Below, piece by piece: positions 18,039 to 28,054 of a DNA stretch of 64,000 nt. The position numbers and the translations under genes are program-made. Every line of letters begins with the position of its first letter. Within the stretch, counting starts at the first letter, position 1. Source of the DNA: Ruminococcus sp. (GTDB lineage Bacteria; Bacillota; Clostridia; Lachnospirales; Lachnospiraceae); the NCBI GenBank assembly GCA_020024635.1, contig JAHHTL010000002.1, positions 19,139 through 83,138 on the forward strand, given 5' to 3'. Under the pieces are notes generated by a model. The model was not told where the DNA came from. It made no database searches and was given only the letters and a program-made list of their open reading frames with translations.

Positions 18039-18056
18039 GTAATCACATTCCGTCTC

Positions 18057-18086
18057 ATTATATCGCGAATCGCTAAAGAGTGTCAA
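18057..18086 (-). promoter_or_regulatory. near-consensus sigma-A promoter (minus strand)
   Basis: TTGACA (18086-18081), 18-nt spacer, TATAAT (18062-18057). Confidence 0.65.
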
Positions 18087-18213
18087 GGGGGAAAATCTTT
18101 TCTAAAGTAGGAACATCCCTACTACAAAATATAACTTCCATGTTGTTTTTTTTGCGTGTTCAGTGTTATAATAGAAACAATGTTAAAATTGTAAGGAATA
18201 AGGAGTAAAACAG

Positions 18214-19605
18214 ATGGACTTGATTACAATTCGTGAATTATTTAAAAACAGAGAAGCATATTTGGATAGAGAAGTAGAAGTAGGTGGATGGATTCGCAGT
18301 ATTCGTGACTCTAAGACATTTGGATTTATTGTTGTAAATGATGGGTCTTATTTTGAACCGCTTCAGGTTGTTTACCATGATACAATGGAAAATTTCGGAG
18401 AGATTTCAAAGCAAAATGTAGGTGCGGCAATTATTGTGAGAGGTACACTTGTAGCAACGCCACAGGCAAAGCAGCCATTTGAGATTCAGGCAGAAGAGGT
18501 AATCGTGGAAGGTGCATCTGCTCCAGATTATCCATTACAGAAGAAGCGTCACAGTTTTGAGTATTTGAGAACAATCTCACACCTTCGTCCTAGAACAAAT
18601 ACATTCCAGGCGGTTTTTAGAGTGCGCTCTTTGATTGCTTATGCAATTCACCAGTTTTTTCAGGAAAGAGGATTTGTGTATGTGCATACTCCACTTATTA
18701 CAGCAAGTGACTGTGAAGGCGCAGGAGAAATGTTTAAAGTAACCACTCTTGATCTGGATCATGTTCCAAAGAAAGAGGATGGGAGTGTAGATTATAGTCA
18801 GGATTTCTTCGGGAAAGAGACAAGTCTTACGGTAAGTGGACAGCTCAATGGAGAGACATTTGCACAAGCATTCAGAAGTATTTATACATTTGGACCAACA
18901 TTCCGTGCAGAAAATTCAAACACCACACGTCATGCGGCAGAGTTTTGGATGATTGAGCCAGAGATTGCGTTTGCAGATCTTGAAGATGATATGGATTTGG
19001 CAGAGGATATGTTAAAATATGTAATTTCTTATGTGTTAGAAAATGCACCGGAAGAAATGAACTTCTTCAATTCCTTTGTGGATAAGGGACTTTTGGATCG
19101 ACTAAAAAATGTTGTTGAGTCTGATTTTGCAAGAGTGTCCTACACAGAAGCAGTGGAGCTTCTTGAACAAAACAATGATAAGTTTGAATACAAAGTTTCT
19201 TGGGGAGTTGATCTTCAGACAGAGCATGAGCGTTATTTGACAGAGAATATATTTAAACGTCCTGTCTTTGTTACAGATTATCCAAAAGAGATCAAGGCAT
19301 TTTATATGAAGTTAAATGAAGATGGAAAGACAGTCGCAGCGGTGGATTGTTTGGTGCCTGGTATTGGAGAAATCATCGGAGGAAGCCAAAGAGAAGATGA
19401 TTACGACAAACTTTGTGAAAGAATGAAAGAGATGAATTTATCAGAAGAAGATTATAAGTTCTATCTTGATCTTAGAAAATATGGATCTACAAGACATGCA
19501 GGATTTGGACTTGGTTTTGAAAGATGTGTTATGTATCTGACAGGAATGTCAAATATCCGTGATGTGATACCATTCCCAAGAACAGTGAACAACTGTGATT
19601 TATAA
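18214..19605 (+). CDS. asnS: asparagine--tRNA ligase
   Basis: 463 aa class IIb aaRS. OB-fold N-terminus, then GPTFRAENS and [12 protein letters not shown]. Confidence 0.95.
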   Translation: MDLITIRELFKNREAYLDREVEVGGWIRSIRDSKTFGFIVVNDGSYFEPLQVVYHDTMENFGEISKQNVGAAIIVRGTLVATPQAKQPFEIQAEEVIVEGASAPDYPLQKKRHSFEYLRTISHLRPRTNTFQAVFRVRSLIAYAIHQFFQERGFVYVHTPLITASDCEGAGEMFKVTTLDLDHVPKKEDGSVDYSQDFFGKETSLTVSGQLNGETFAQAFRSIYTFGPTFRAENSNTTRHAAEFWMIEPEIAFADLEDDMDLAEDMLKYVISYVLENAPEEMNFFNSFVDKGLLDRLKNVVESDFARVSYTEAVELLEQNNDKFEYKVSWGVDLQTEHERYLTENIFKRPVFVTDYPKEIKAFYMKLNEDGKTVAAVDCLVPGIGEIIGGSQREDDYDKLCERMKEMNLSEEDYKFYLDLRKYGSTRHAGFGLGFERCVMYLTGMSNIRDVIPFPRTVNNCDL

Positions 19606-19656
19606 AAAGATAAAAGAGACAGTGCATAAAACGATTGTATTGTGTAGTAAGATACA

Positions 19657-19692
19657 AAAGGACGTAACGAGGGTGGAAGTTACGTCCTTTTC
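19657..19692 (+). terminator. rho-independent terminator after asnS
   Basis: Stem AAGGACGTAAC / GTTACGTCCTT, followed by TTT. Confidence 0.8.
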
Positions 19693-19718
19693 TGGCTTGA
19701 AGTATAAGGAGACGGAAG

Positions 19719-20762
19719 ATGAAATTTATTCATATAGCGGATGTGCACCTAGGTGCAGCTCCCGATTCAGGAAAAGCATATAGTGCAAACAGACCAAAAG
19801 AATTGTGGGAATCATTCAAACAAATTATAGAACTTTGTGAAAGAGAGCAAACCGATATTTTGTTGATTGCAGGAGATTTATTTCACCGCCAGCCTCTGCG
19901 GAAAGATTTAAAAGAGGTTGACTATCTTTTCTCAACTTTAACCCATACCAAAGTGGTTCTAATTGCGGGGAATCATGATTATATCAAACCCGATTCTTTT
20001 TACCATAGTTTTAAATGGAGTGAAAATGTGTATCCTTTGTTTGGACAAAATACAGAATATGTGGAATTTGATGAATACAACCTTGCAGTTTATGGATTTA
20101 GTTACTATGCAAAGGAAATGAAAGAAGAGAGATATTCCTTTAAAGCTCCAGGATATTGCAAGAGAGAAATTCTTCTTGCACATGGAGGAGATGAAAAACA
20201 TATACCAATCCGAAAAGAGGCACTGGCAAGAAGTGGGTTTGATTACGTGGCACTGGGGCATATTCATAAACCGCAGATTCTTTTAGAAAATCAAGCGGCA
20301 TATTCAGGAGCCTTAGAACCCGTCGATAAAAATGATGTAGGAGAACATGGATATATTAAGGGAGAGATCACAAGCAAAGGTGTGAAGATTAAATTTGTAC
20401 CGTTTGCATCTAGGCAATACATTCCTATGAATGTGACGGTTCATGAAAATATGACAAATGGAAGTTTAAAAGAATTTGTGACGCAGCAAATAGAAGAAAA
20501 AGGAATCCAAAATATGTTTAAGATTACATTAATTGGGGAGCGAGATGTGGACATTCAATTTGAACCAGAAACTCTAGATGTTTACAATAATGTACTGGAA
20601 GTAATCGACAAAACGTATCCAGCCTTTGATTACAAGAAGCTATATCATGAAAATAAAGAGAATCTTATTGGCTGTTTTATAGACAGTATTGGAACCTGCG
20701 ATAAGGATACCGTAGAATTTTTAGCGTTACAAGAAGGAATACGTGCACTTTTGGATGAGTAG
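19719..20762 (+). CDS. SbcD/Mre11-like metallophosphoesterase nuclease (YhaO/SbcF-like)
   Basis: Calcineurin-like motifs FIHIADVHLG, IAGDLFH, IAGNHDY and LGHIHKP. Confidence 0.8.
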   Translation: MKFIHIADVHLGAAPDSGKAYSANRPKELWESFKQIIELCEREQTDILLIAGDLFHRQPLRKDLKEVDYLFSTLTHTKVVLIAGNHDYIKPDSFYHSFKWSENVYPLFGQNTEYVEFDEYNLAVYGFSYYAKEMKEERYSFKAPGYCKREILLAHGGDEKHIPIRKEALARSGFDYVALGHIHKPQILLENQAAYSGALEPVDKNDVGEHGYIKGEITSKGVKIKFVPFASRQYIPMNVTVHENMTNGSLKEFVTQQIEEKGIQNMFKITLIGERDVDIQFEPETLDVYNNVLEVIDKTYPAFDYKKLYHENKENLIGCFIDSIGTCDKDTVEFLALQEGIRALLDE

Positions 20763-20774
20763 AAAGAGAAAATT

Positions 20775-22316
20775 ATGGAGATCAAAGAATTACATATTAA
20801 AAATTTTGGGAAATTTTCAGATCGTCATTTTTTCCTCAATAGTGGAATGAATATTTTTTATGGTGAAAATGAATATGGAAAATCTACCATTTATGCATTT
20901 ATTAAAGCCATGCTTTTCGGTATGGAACGAGGAAGGGGAAGAGCGGCTCAGACGGATGAATTTAGTAGATATGAACCGTGGGAAAATCCAAACTATTATG
21001 CGGGAGTCATGCGATTTACAAGTGGTGGAAAAACATTTCGCTTGGAGAGAAATTTTGACAGATATTCTAAAAAAGCGGTTTTATTATGTGAAGACGATGG
21101 AGAAGAACTCTCTGTAGAGCATGGGGATTTGGAAATGCTGCTTGATGGTCTTACAAAGAAAAATTTTGAAAGCACCATCTCAGTTGGACAGCTTTCGGCC
21201 AAGCCGGGAATGGAATTGGCAGAGGAACTTAATAATCATGCCTCCAACTATTATGAAACAGGGAGTGGAAGTTTGGATGTTTCAAAGGCTTTCCATAAGC
21301 TTCATGAAAAAAAGAAAATGCTAGACAAAGAAAAAAGAGTACTTCGTCAAAAGCGGGAAAAAAAGAGAGAACTATTAGAAAATGAATGTACGTATCTTAC
21401 AAGAGAGATAGAGAAGCTAGACAAAGATTTAGCGGAATCAGAAGTGGAACTACAAAGAGTTCAGGAAGCCTTTCAAGAGTTACATACATCCCCAAAAAGT
21501 GACGAAACTGCGGAAAAGAAGAAAAAGGGAGTGCCGTTTTTCTTGGCTGGTGCTGCTTGTATTATTGTGGGAGTACTTCTGCTTCTTTTTAAAATCATGT
21601 TAAAACTCCAAGGGGGAACCGTTTTTATAACGGGCATAGCCGCACTTTTTGGTATTGGAATGGCAAGTTTCCTGATAGGTAGTTGGCGGAGGAAAAAAAC
21701 AGAAGCGGAGAAAAAGTCGCCCGCATCAAAGGAGAACAAAAGGGAATTTTTGAAAGAACAATTCCGAAAACAAAAGTGGAAACGGGCACACATTTTAGAG
21801 GAAAAGAGAGAAAAGCAAGTGCAATATCAAAATCTTTTGGAGCAGATTGAGGAGCAAAGGGAGCCAAATGAGCAAGAAAAAGTGCTGGAACGCAAAAGTG
21901 AGGCGGTTGAACTTGCTGAGAAAAAAATGGGCGAGGCGGTAGAAAAAATGAGCAGTGGTTTTGGGGGCGTTCTCAACCGAAAGGCATCTTCCATACTTGC
22001 ATCCATCACAGAGGGAAAATACACAGATGTATTTGTTGATCGTGATATGAAGTTGTTTCTTGTTTATCAGGGAAGGAAAATTTTGGTGGAACGTGTTTCA
22101 TCAGGAACCGTGGAACAGGTTTATTTTGCACTTCGAATGGCGGTTGCTGATATTTTATTTGAGGAATCTTTACCGCTTATCTTTGATGAAGCTTTTGGAT
22201 TTTATGATGATAAAAGATTAAAATCTACCCTAAAATGGTTGAGAGAACAGCCACGACAAGTTATAATATTTACTTGTCAAAGACGTGAAATGGATATGGA
22301 AAGGACAAGCATATGA
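20775..22316 (+). CDS. SMC/SbcC-like AAA ATPase with central transmembrane hairpin (YhaN/SbcE-like, short form)
   Basis: Walker A GENEYGKST. Coiled-coil arms. Two hydrophobic helices, VPFFLAGAACIIVGVLLLLF and VFITGIAALFGIGMASFLIG, encoded at about 21531-21690. C-terminal Walker B/D-loop LIFDEAFGFYDD. Confidence 0.75.
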   Translation: MEIKELHIKNFGKFSDRHFFLNSGMNIFYGENEYGKSTIYAFIKAMLFGMERGRGRAAQTDEFSRYEPWENPNYYAGVMRFTSGGKTFRLERNFDRYSKKAVLLCEDDGEELSVEHGDLEMLLDGLTKKNFESTISVGQLSAKPGMELAEELNNHASNYYETGSGSLDVSKAFHKLHEKKKMLDKEKRVLRQKREKKRELLENECTYLTREIEKLDKDLAESEVELQRVQEAFQELHTSPKSDETAEKKKKGVPFFLAGAACIIVGVLLLLFKIMLKLQGGTVFITGIAALFGIGMASFLIGSWRRKKTEAEKKSPASKENKREFLKEQFRKQKWKRAHILEEKREKQVQYQNLLEQIEEQREPNEQEKVLERKSEAVELAEKKMGEAVEKMSSGFGGVLNRKASSILASITEGKYTDVFVDRDMKLFLVYQGRKILVERVSSGTVEQVYFALRMAVADILFEESLPLIFDEAFGFYDDKRLKSTLKWLREQPRQVIIFTCQRREMDMERTSI

Positions 22317-23647
22317 AAATAGATTTACCAAACAATGTGGTTTCCATTATAAACAATCTTCAAATGCACGGATATGAAGCATACGCAGTCGGCGGATGTG
22401 TCAGAGATACTATATTATGTAGGAATCCAGAAGACTGGGACATTACAACTTCTGCGAAACCAGAGGAAATTAAAAAACTCTTTAATAGAACAGTTGATAC
22501 AGGAATTGAGCATGGAACTGTGACGGTTATGATTGGAAAAGAAGGATATGAGGTTACAACATACCGCATAGATGGACAATACGATGATAGTCGTCACCCA
22601 AAGGAAGTTACATTTACAAAAAATCTTGAAGAAGATTTAAAACGCAGAGATTTTACAATTAATGCAATGGCATATAACGATGAGGTGCGTTTAGTAGATA
22701 TTTTTGGTGGAATGAAAGATTTAAACCACCACTTGATTCGCTGTGTTGGAGATCCGATGGAAAGATTTTCAGAAGATGCACTTAGAATTCTTCGAGCAGT
22801 GCGATTTTCCGCACAACTTGCTTGTAAAATAGAGCCGATGACTGCAAGAGCCATTGAACATCTAGCGCCAAATCTCATTAACATCAGTGCAGAGAGAATA
22901 CAGGCGGAACTTGTAAAATTACTTACTTCTGATCATCCAGAGATGCTTCAGGATGCCTATTCTCTTGGAATTACGAAAGTGATCCTTCCGGAGTGGGATG
23001 CAATGGTCGGAGTAACACAAAACACACCACATCATCAGTATGATGTTGCAGATCATACGTTGCAAGCTTTGCGCAATGTAAAAAAAGACAAGATTCTCCG
23101 TTTTGTCATGTTGTTCCATGATATGGGAAAACCAATGATGAAGACAACAGATGGAAAAGGTGTGGATCATTTTAAAGGACATGCCATTGTCAGTGAAGAA
23201 ATAGCAAGAACGGTTTTAAGACGTCTGAAATTTGATAATGATACTGTTAAGAAGGTTACAAAGTTAGTATGTTATCACGATTATCGAATCGAGGCTACGG
23301 CACAAAATGTGCGTCGTGCAATGAATCGAATCGGAGTGGACTTATTCCCTTACTATTTGGCAGTTCGAATGGCGGATGTGAAAGCACAAAGTCCATACAA
23401 AAGACGAGAAAAGATCGAAAATATTATTGCAATGAGAGATCTATATCAAGAAACAATATTAAACGATGATTGTGTTACGTTAAGACAGCTGGCGGTTACA
23501 GGTACAGAATTAAAAGAACTTGGTATGCAGCCGGGACGCCAGATGGGAGAGATGCTCTCAGAACTGTTGGAATTTGTTATTGATTATCCGGATATGAATA
23601 CAAAAGAAAAACTATTAGGATATGTAAAAGAAAAATTAGAGATGTAG
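22313..23647 (+). CDS. cca: CCA tRNA nucleotidyltransferase with HD domain
   Basis: Pol-beta motif GGCVRD..DWDITT. HD region HHQYDVADH...FHDMGK. The start overlaps the upstream stop as ATGA. Confidence 0.85.
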   Translation: MKIDLPNNVVSIINNLQMHGYEAYAVGGCVRDTILCRNPEDWDITTSAKPEEIKKLFNRTVDTGIEHGTVTVMIGKEGYEVTTYRIDGQYDDSRHPKEVTFTKNLEEDLKRRDFTINAMAYNDEVRLVDIFGGMKDLNHHLIRCVGDPMERFSEDALRILRAVRFSAQLACKIEPMTARAIEHLAPNLINISAERIQAELVKLLTSDHPEMLQDAYSLGITKVILPEWDAMVGVTQNTPHHQYDVADHTLQALRNVKKDKILRFVMLFHDMGKPMMKTTDGKGVDHFKGHAIVSEEIARTVLRRLKFDNDTVKKVTKLVCYHDYRIEATAQNVRRAMNRIGVDLFPYYLAVRMADVKAQSPYKRREKIENIIAMRDLYQETILNDDCVTLRQLAVTGTELKELGMQPGRQMGEMLSELLEFVIDYPDMNTKEKLLGYVKEKLEM

Positions 23648-23711
23648 CATACAATAGCTGTCCTCTTCATACATTAAAAAGAGTTATGAAGTGTAGAGAC
23701 AGGGGGCAGCC

Positions 23712-24749
23712 ATGAAAGAATATGAATTAGAAATTTTAGACCAATATGACTTAGGAATAAAAGGCACCCGCAAAATAAGGGGTGCGTTTTTTTGCGATAC
23801 AAAAGAGGGGACGATGCTGTTAAAAGAAACGAAAGTTTCAGACAGGCGTGCCCTTTTGCTGTATCAGATTCTAGAAGAACTTGAAAAAAACAAACATATA
23901 AAATTGGATCTTCCAATCTATAACAAAGAAGGAAAATTAATTACGACTTCCCGGTACGGAAAAAATTATATGATGAAGCATTGGTTTATAGGAAAAGAAT
24001 GTGATGTTACGAATGAAACGCAAATACTTCGGGCGGTATCAGAATTGGCAAAACTTCATAAAGAATGGACTTTTCCTAAACTTACAAGCAGGGATTCATC
24101 TGAGGAGAAAGAGGAGAGATCAGAACCAATGATTGGGAGGTCGTTGCAAGAAGAATTCATAAGACATAATCGTGAAATGAAGAAAGTAAGGAATTATATT
24201 AGAAAAAGAGTATCGAAAGGAAATTTTGAGTTTCTTTATTTAGAAAACTTTGAAAAGATGTTTTGTCTGGCTGAAAAGATAACCGAGAAACTCAAAGGGT
24301 TTGAATGTGCAGAACTCTATGAAAAAAGTATAGAGCAAAAAACATTGGTACACGGAGATTATAATTATCATAATATCCTCTTTACAGCAGAAGGAGCGGT
24401 GGTGACCAATTTTGAACATGTAAGAATCGATGTTCAAGTTCATGATCTGTATTATTTTATGCGAAAAGTGTTGGAAAAAAATCAATGGAATTATGAACTT
24501 GGAAATGCAATGCTGCAAACCTACAACAGGGAAAGAAAATTGCAAAAGAATGAAATAGAATATCTGGCATTATGTCTTGCATATCCGGAAAAATTTTGGA
24601 AGATGGCAAGTACCTATTATCATTCAAACAAAGCATGGATTCCAGAAAAAAACGTAGAAAAGCTCAAACTTGTAATTGAGCAGACAGATGAACGGATAAA
24701 ATTTTTAAATGAGATATTTGCTTTTCATTTACGACAGCCTGTTGTATAA
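23712..24749 (+). CDS. CotS family spore coat protein / aminoglycoside-phosphotransferase-like kinase fold
   Basis: Catalytic-loop-like HGDYNYHNILF and the DLYYF motif. 345 aa. Confidence 0.7.
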   Translation: MKEYELEILDQYDLGIKGTRKIRGAFFCDTKEGTMLLKETKVSDRRALLLYQILEELEKNKHIKLDLPIYNKEGKLITTSRYGKNYMMKHWFIGKECDVTNETQILRAVSELAKLHKEWTFPKLTSRDSSEEKEERSEPMIGRSLQEEFIRHNREMKKVRNYIRKRVSKGNFEFLYLENFEKMFCLAEKITEKLKGFECAELYEKSIEQKTLVHGDYNYHNILFTAEGAVVTNFEHVRIDVQVHDLYYFMRKVLEKNQWNYELGNAMLQTYNRERKLQKNEIEYLALCLAYPEKFWKMASTYYHSNKAWIPEKNVEKLKLVIEQTDERIKFLNEIFAFHLRQPVV

Positions 24750-24781
24750 TGGGGACAAAGTATGAAGTAGGAGGTACCAAA

Positions 24782-26512
24782 ATGGAATACAAAAAAAGAT
24801 ATGAAGAATGGTTGAATAATACTTACTTTGATGAAGCAACTAAAGAAGAACTTAGAAGCATCCAAGATGATGAAAATGAGATGAAAGAACGATTTTATAC
24901 AGATCTTGAATTTGGTACAGCAGGATTAAGAGGAATTATTGGCGCGGGCACGAATCGTATGAATATTTATACTGTACGAAAAGCAACGCAAGGACTTGCA
25001 AATTACATTACAAAAAGTGGAAATGAAAAAAGAGGAGTTGCTATTGCGTATGATTCTCGTCGGATGTCTCCGGAATTTGCACAAGAAGCGGCATTATGTC
25101 TGGCGGCAAATGGAATCAAAGCGTATGTATTTGAATCATTAAGACCAACTCCAGAATTATCTTTTGCAGTTAGGAAGTTAGGATGTATTGCGGGAATTAA
25201 TATAACAGCAAGTCACAATCCTCCAGAATATAACGGATATAAAGTGTACTGGGAAGATGGTGCACAGATCACTCCACCACATGATCAAGGAATTATGGCA
25301 GAAGTCAAGGGAGTGGAAGATTATACAACGATGAAGAGCATGAGTTTAGAAGATGCAAAAGCATCAGGACTTTATGAAGTAATCGGAAAAGAAATTGATG
25401 ATGCATACATGGTAGAACTAAAAAAACAGATTCTTCACCAAGATGCGATCGATGCAGTTGGAAAAGATTTAAAAATTGTCTATAGTCCACTGCATGGTAC
25501 AGGAAATATTCCGGCACGTCGTATTTTAAAAGAACTTGGATTTGAGAATGTTTATGTTGTAAAGGAGCAGGAACTTCCAGATGGTGAGTTCCCAACAGTT
25601 TCTTACCCAAATCCAGAGGCAGAAGAAGCATTTGAATTAGGGCTAAAATTGGCAAAAGAAGTGGATGCAGACATTGTGCTTGCAACAGATCCGGATGCAG
25701 ATCGCCTTGGAGTGCGTGTAAAAGATAAAAATGGGGAATATCATGATTTGACAGGAAATATGTCTGGATGTTTGCTTGCAGACTATGAAATTGGACAGAG
25801 AAAAGAAACGCAAGGACTTCCAGAGGATGGATACCTTATTAAGACCATTGTAACTTCGAATATGGCAGATGCTATCGCTAAGTATTACCAGACAGGATTG
25901 ATTGAAGTTCTTACAGGATTCAAATACATTGGACAGCAGATTCTGGGATTTGAGACAACAGGAAAAGGGTCATACTTGTTTGGGTTTGAAGAAAGTTATG
26001 GATGCCTAATCGGAACGTATGCAAGAGACAAAGATGCCATTGTGGCTACGATGGCGCTTTGTGAAGCGGCAGCTTATTATAAGACAAAAGATATGACACT
26101 TTGGGATGCCATGATTACGTTGTATGAGCGATATGGATATTATAAAGATGATATTCAGGCAATTACGTTAAAAGGAATCGAAGGACTGGAAAAGATTCAG
26201 GAGATACTAGAAACACTTCGTAAAAATCCACCGACTCAGATTGCAGGCTATAAGGTCATTAAAGCAAGAGATTACAAGGCAGATACAATTAAAAATTTGG
26301 AGACAGGTGAAGTTACAGCAACGGGACTTCCAAATTCAAATGTTCTTTATTATGATCTTACAGAAGATGCATGGTTATGTGTAAGACCGTCAGGAACAGA
26401 GCCAAAAGTAAAATTTTACTACGGAGTTAAGGGGACTTCTCTAGAAGATGCAGAGGAAAAATCAGAAACCATGGGCAAAGAAATACTTTCCATGATTGAT
26501 CAAATGCTGTAA
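24782..26512 (+). CDS. phosphoglucomutase / phospho-sugar mutase
   Basis: Phosphoserine loop ITASHNPPEYNGYKVY and metal loop ATDPDADR. The ATG at 24782 is preceded by GGAGG. Confidence 0.85.
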   Translation: MEYKKRYEEWLNNTYFDEATKEELRSIQDDENEMKERFYTDLEFGTAGLRGIIGAGTNRMNIYTVRKATQGLANYITKSGNEKRGVAIAYDSRRMSPEFAQEAALCLAANGIKAYVFESLRPTPELSFAVRKLGCIAGINITASHNPPEYNGYKVYWEDGAQITPPHDQGIMAEVKGVEDYTTMKSMSLEDAKASGLYEVIGKEIDDAYMVELKKQILHQDAIDAVGKDLKIVYSPLHGTGNIPARRILKELGFENVYVVKEQELPDGEFPTVSYPNPEAEEAFELGLKLAKEVDADIVLATDPDADRLGVRVKDKNGEYHDLTGNMSGCLLADYEIGQRKETQGLPEDGYLIKTIVTSNMADAIAKYYQTGLIEVLTGFKYIGQQILGFETTGKGSYLFGFEESYGCLIGTYARDKDAIVATMALCEAAAYYKTKDMTLWDAMITLYERYGYYKDDIQAITLKGIEGLEKIQEILETLRKNPPTQIAGYKVIKARDYKADTIKNLETGEVTATGLPNSNVLYYDLTEDAWLCVRPSGTEPKVKFYYGVKGTSLEDAEEKSETMGKEILSMIDQML

Positions 26513-26590
26513 TTGGCCTAGAAAGAAGCGAAAAAGACGGTTAAAATTACAAAATATGGGCAATTGTTGACTTAAATATAGATAAAATCC

Positions 26591-26619
26591 TTGACAAAGA
26601 TAAGGGAAACAGTTATAAC
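26591..26619 (+). promoter_or_regulatory. sigma-A promoter of the HU gene
   Basis: TTGACA (26591-26596), 17-nt spacer, TATAAC (26614-26619). Confidence 0.6.
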
Positions 26620-26713
26620 AATACTTAAGGAAAGCCACAGTTAAGGGGCTTTTATGCATATTTTGAACTGGAGCGGATGTGATTCCGGTACAAAAAGAAG
26701 GAGGAAATTACCT

Positions 26714-26989
26714 ATGAATAAGACAGAATTTATCGCAGCAATCGCTGAGAAAGCAGATATTTCAAAAAAGGATTCTGAAAAAGCATTAAAAGCATTTATG
26801 GATGTTGTATCTGAGGAATTAAGAAAAGGCGAAAAGATTCAATTAGTAGGATTTGGAACATTCGAAGTTAGCGAAAGAGCTGCAAGAGAAGGAAGAAATC
26901 CACACACTGGAGAGGCTATGAGCATTGCGGCTTGTAAAGCTCCAAAATTCAAAGCTGGAAAAGCATTAAAAGATGCTGTAAACGCTTAA
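26714..26989 (+). CDS. hup: HU family DNA-binding protein
   Basis: MNKTEFIAAIAEK...GFGTFEVSERAAREGRNPHTGE. 91 aa from the ATG at 26714, which has RBS GGAGGA. The upstream extension in the ORF track is implausible. Confidence 0.9.
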   Translation: MNKTEFIAAIAEKADISKKDSEKALKAFMDVVSEELRKGEKIQLVGFGTFEVSERAAREGRNPHTGEAMSIAACKAPKFKAGKALKDAVNA

Positions 26990-27017
26990 GTACCAGTTGT
27001 TACAAAAAACAAAGTGA

Positions 27018-27053
27018 AAGCACTTATGATGTCCGCATTGTAAGTGCTTTTTT
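27018..27053 (+). terminator. rho-independent terminator after hup
   Basis: Stem AAGCACTTA / TAAGTGCTT, followed by TTTTT. Confidence 0.8.
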
Positions 27054-27075
27054 ATAAACAAGAAAGTGAGAGAAC

Positions 27076-27315
27076 ATGCGATTAGATAAATTTTTAAAAG
27101 TTTCCAGATTGATCAAGAGACGTACAGTGGCAAACGAGGCATGCGATGCAGGACGTGTTATGGTCAATGGAACAGTAGCAAAAGCATCGGTAAAGGTAAA
27201 AGCGGGGGATATTATTGAAATTCAATTTGGAACAAAAACAGTAAAAGTAGAAGTGCTGATCATCCAAGAAACAACAAAGAAAGAAGAAGCAAAGGAAATG
27301 TTCCGCTACTTGTGA
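27076..27315 (+). CDS. RNA-binding S4 domain protein (YabO/Hsp15-like)
   Basis: 79 aa. MRLDKFLKVSRLIKRRTVA S4 motif. Conserved position next to yabP. Confidence 0.8.
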   Translation: MRLDKFLKVSRLIKRRTVANEACDAGRVMVNGTVAKASVKVKAGDIIEIQFGTKTVKVEVLIIQETTKKEEAKEMFRYL

Positions 27316-27394
27316 TTTCATTTTTTATCTCTTTAGGAATAATCAAATTCCCTTTTTCATATATATGTTAGAGTATAGTGAAAGGGGAATAGCT

Positions 27395-27679
27395 ATGGAA
27401 GAAAGGCAGATGCCAAAGACACACAAAGTTGTTTTTAATAATCGAAAGAGTGGTATGGTCACAGGGGTAATTGATGTGATTTCATTTGATCTTAACGAGG
27501 TATTACTTCAAACAGAATTGGGGCTGTTAACGGTAAAAGGGACGGATCTTCATGTGAATCGATTGAATTTGGAAAAAGGTGAAGTGGATTTGGCGGGCAA
27601 TGTTGACAGTTTTACATATTCTGGAACCAGTCAAACGACGCATCACGAAGATGGATTTTTTGCAAAATTATTCAAATAG
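27395..27679 (+). CDS. yabP: sporulation protein YabP
   Basis: YabP-like core VTGVIDVISFDLNEVLLQTELGLLTVKGTDLHV. The ATG at 27395 has RBS AAAGGGGA. Synteny with yabQ and divIC. Confidence 0.8.
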   Translation: MEERQMPKTHKVVFNNRKSGMVTGVIDVISFDLNEVLLQTELGLLTVKGTDLHVNRLNLEKGEVDLAGNVDSFTYSGTSQTTHHEDGFFAKLFK

Positions 27680-27688
27680 GTATGTGGT

Positions 27689-28015
27689 ATGTTTGAAGTT
27701 GGAAGGGAATTTTTTATATTTATTTATGCTGTTTTGGCAGGGATTTTTCTTATGCTCTTCTATCAGTTTTTGCAGTTGACGCGATGTCTGATTTCCCATA
27801 AACTGTGGATCGTGAATTTGGGAGATATTATCTTTTGGATTTTTGCATCCATCTATTTGTTTCGGCAAATGTATAGAACGACCTATGGAAGTATTCGATG
27901 GTTTTTTGTGCTCGGAATCTTTCTGGGAGTAGGGCTTATTTGGTATATCAGTTGTCGAGGAAGAAGATACATTAGAGATAAGAAAAATGTTGAAAAGAAA
28001 AACAAGAAAGGATAA
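27689..28015 (+). CDS. yabQ: spore cortex biosynthesis protein YabQ (membrane)
   Basis: 108 aa with three hydrophobic helices and a basic tail. Sits directly after yabP, as in Bacilli and Clostridia. Confidence 0.65.
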   Translation: MFEVGREFFIFIYAVLAGIFLMLFYQFLQLTRCLISHKLWIVNLGDIIFWIFASIYLFRQMYRTTYGSIRWFFVLGIFLGVGLIWYISCRGRRYIRDKKNVEKKNKKG

Positions 28016-28054
28016 AATAAAATTAAGAAATTCAAAATAAGTCAGGTGAATAAA

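Noticed and set aside
18047-18053. Antiterminator pairing ACGGAAU with AUUCCGU for the leader hairpin of the FAD-dependent gene
   Set aside because: The 5' partner lies at or upstream of the predicted transcription start (about 18050). It would mostly not be in the RNA.
17960-18213. Possible T-box leader upstream of asnS
   Set aside because: The asnS promoter (TTGTTT-18-TGTTATAAT) leaves only about 35-40 nt of leader. There is no T-box consensus (AGGGTGGNACCGCG) and no specifier-loop architecture. The region is instead occupied by the divergent promoter.
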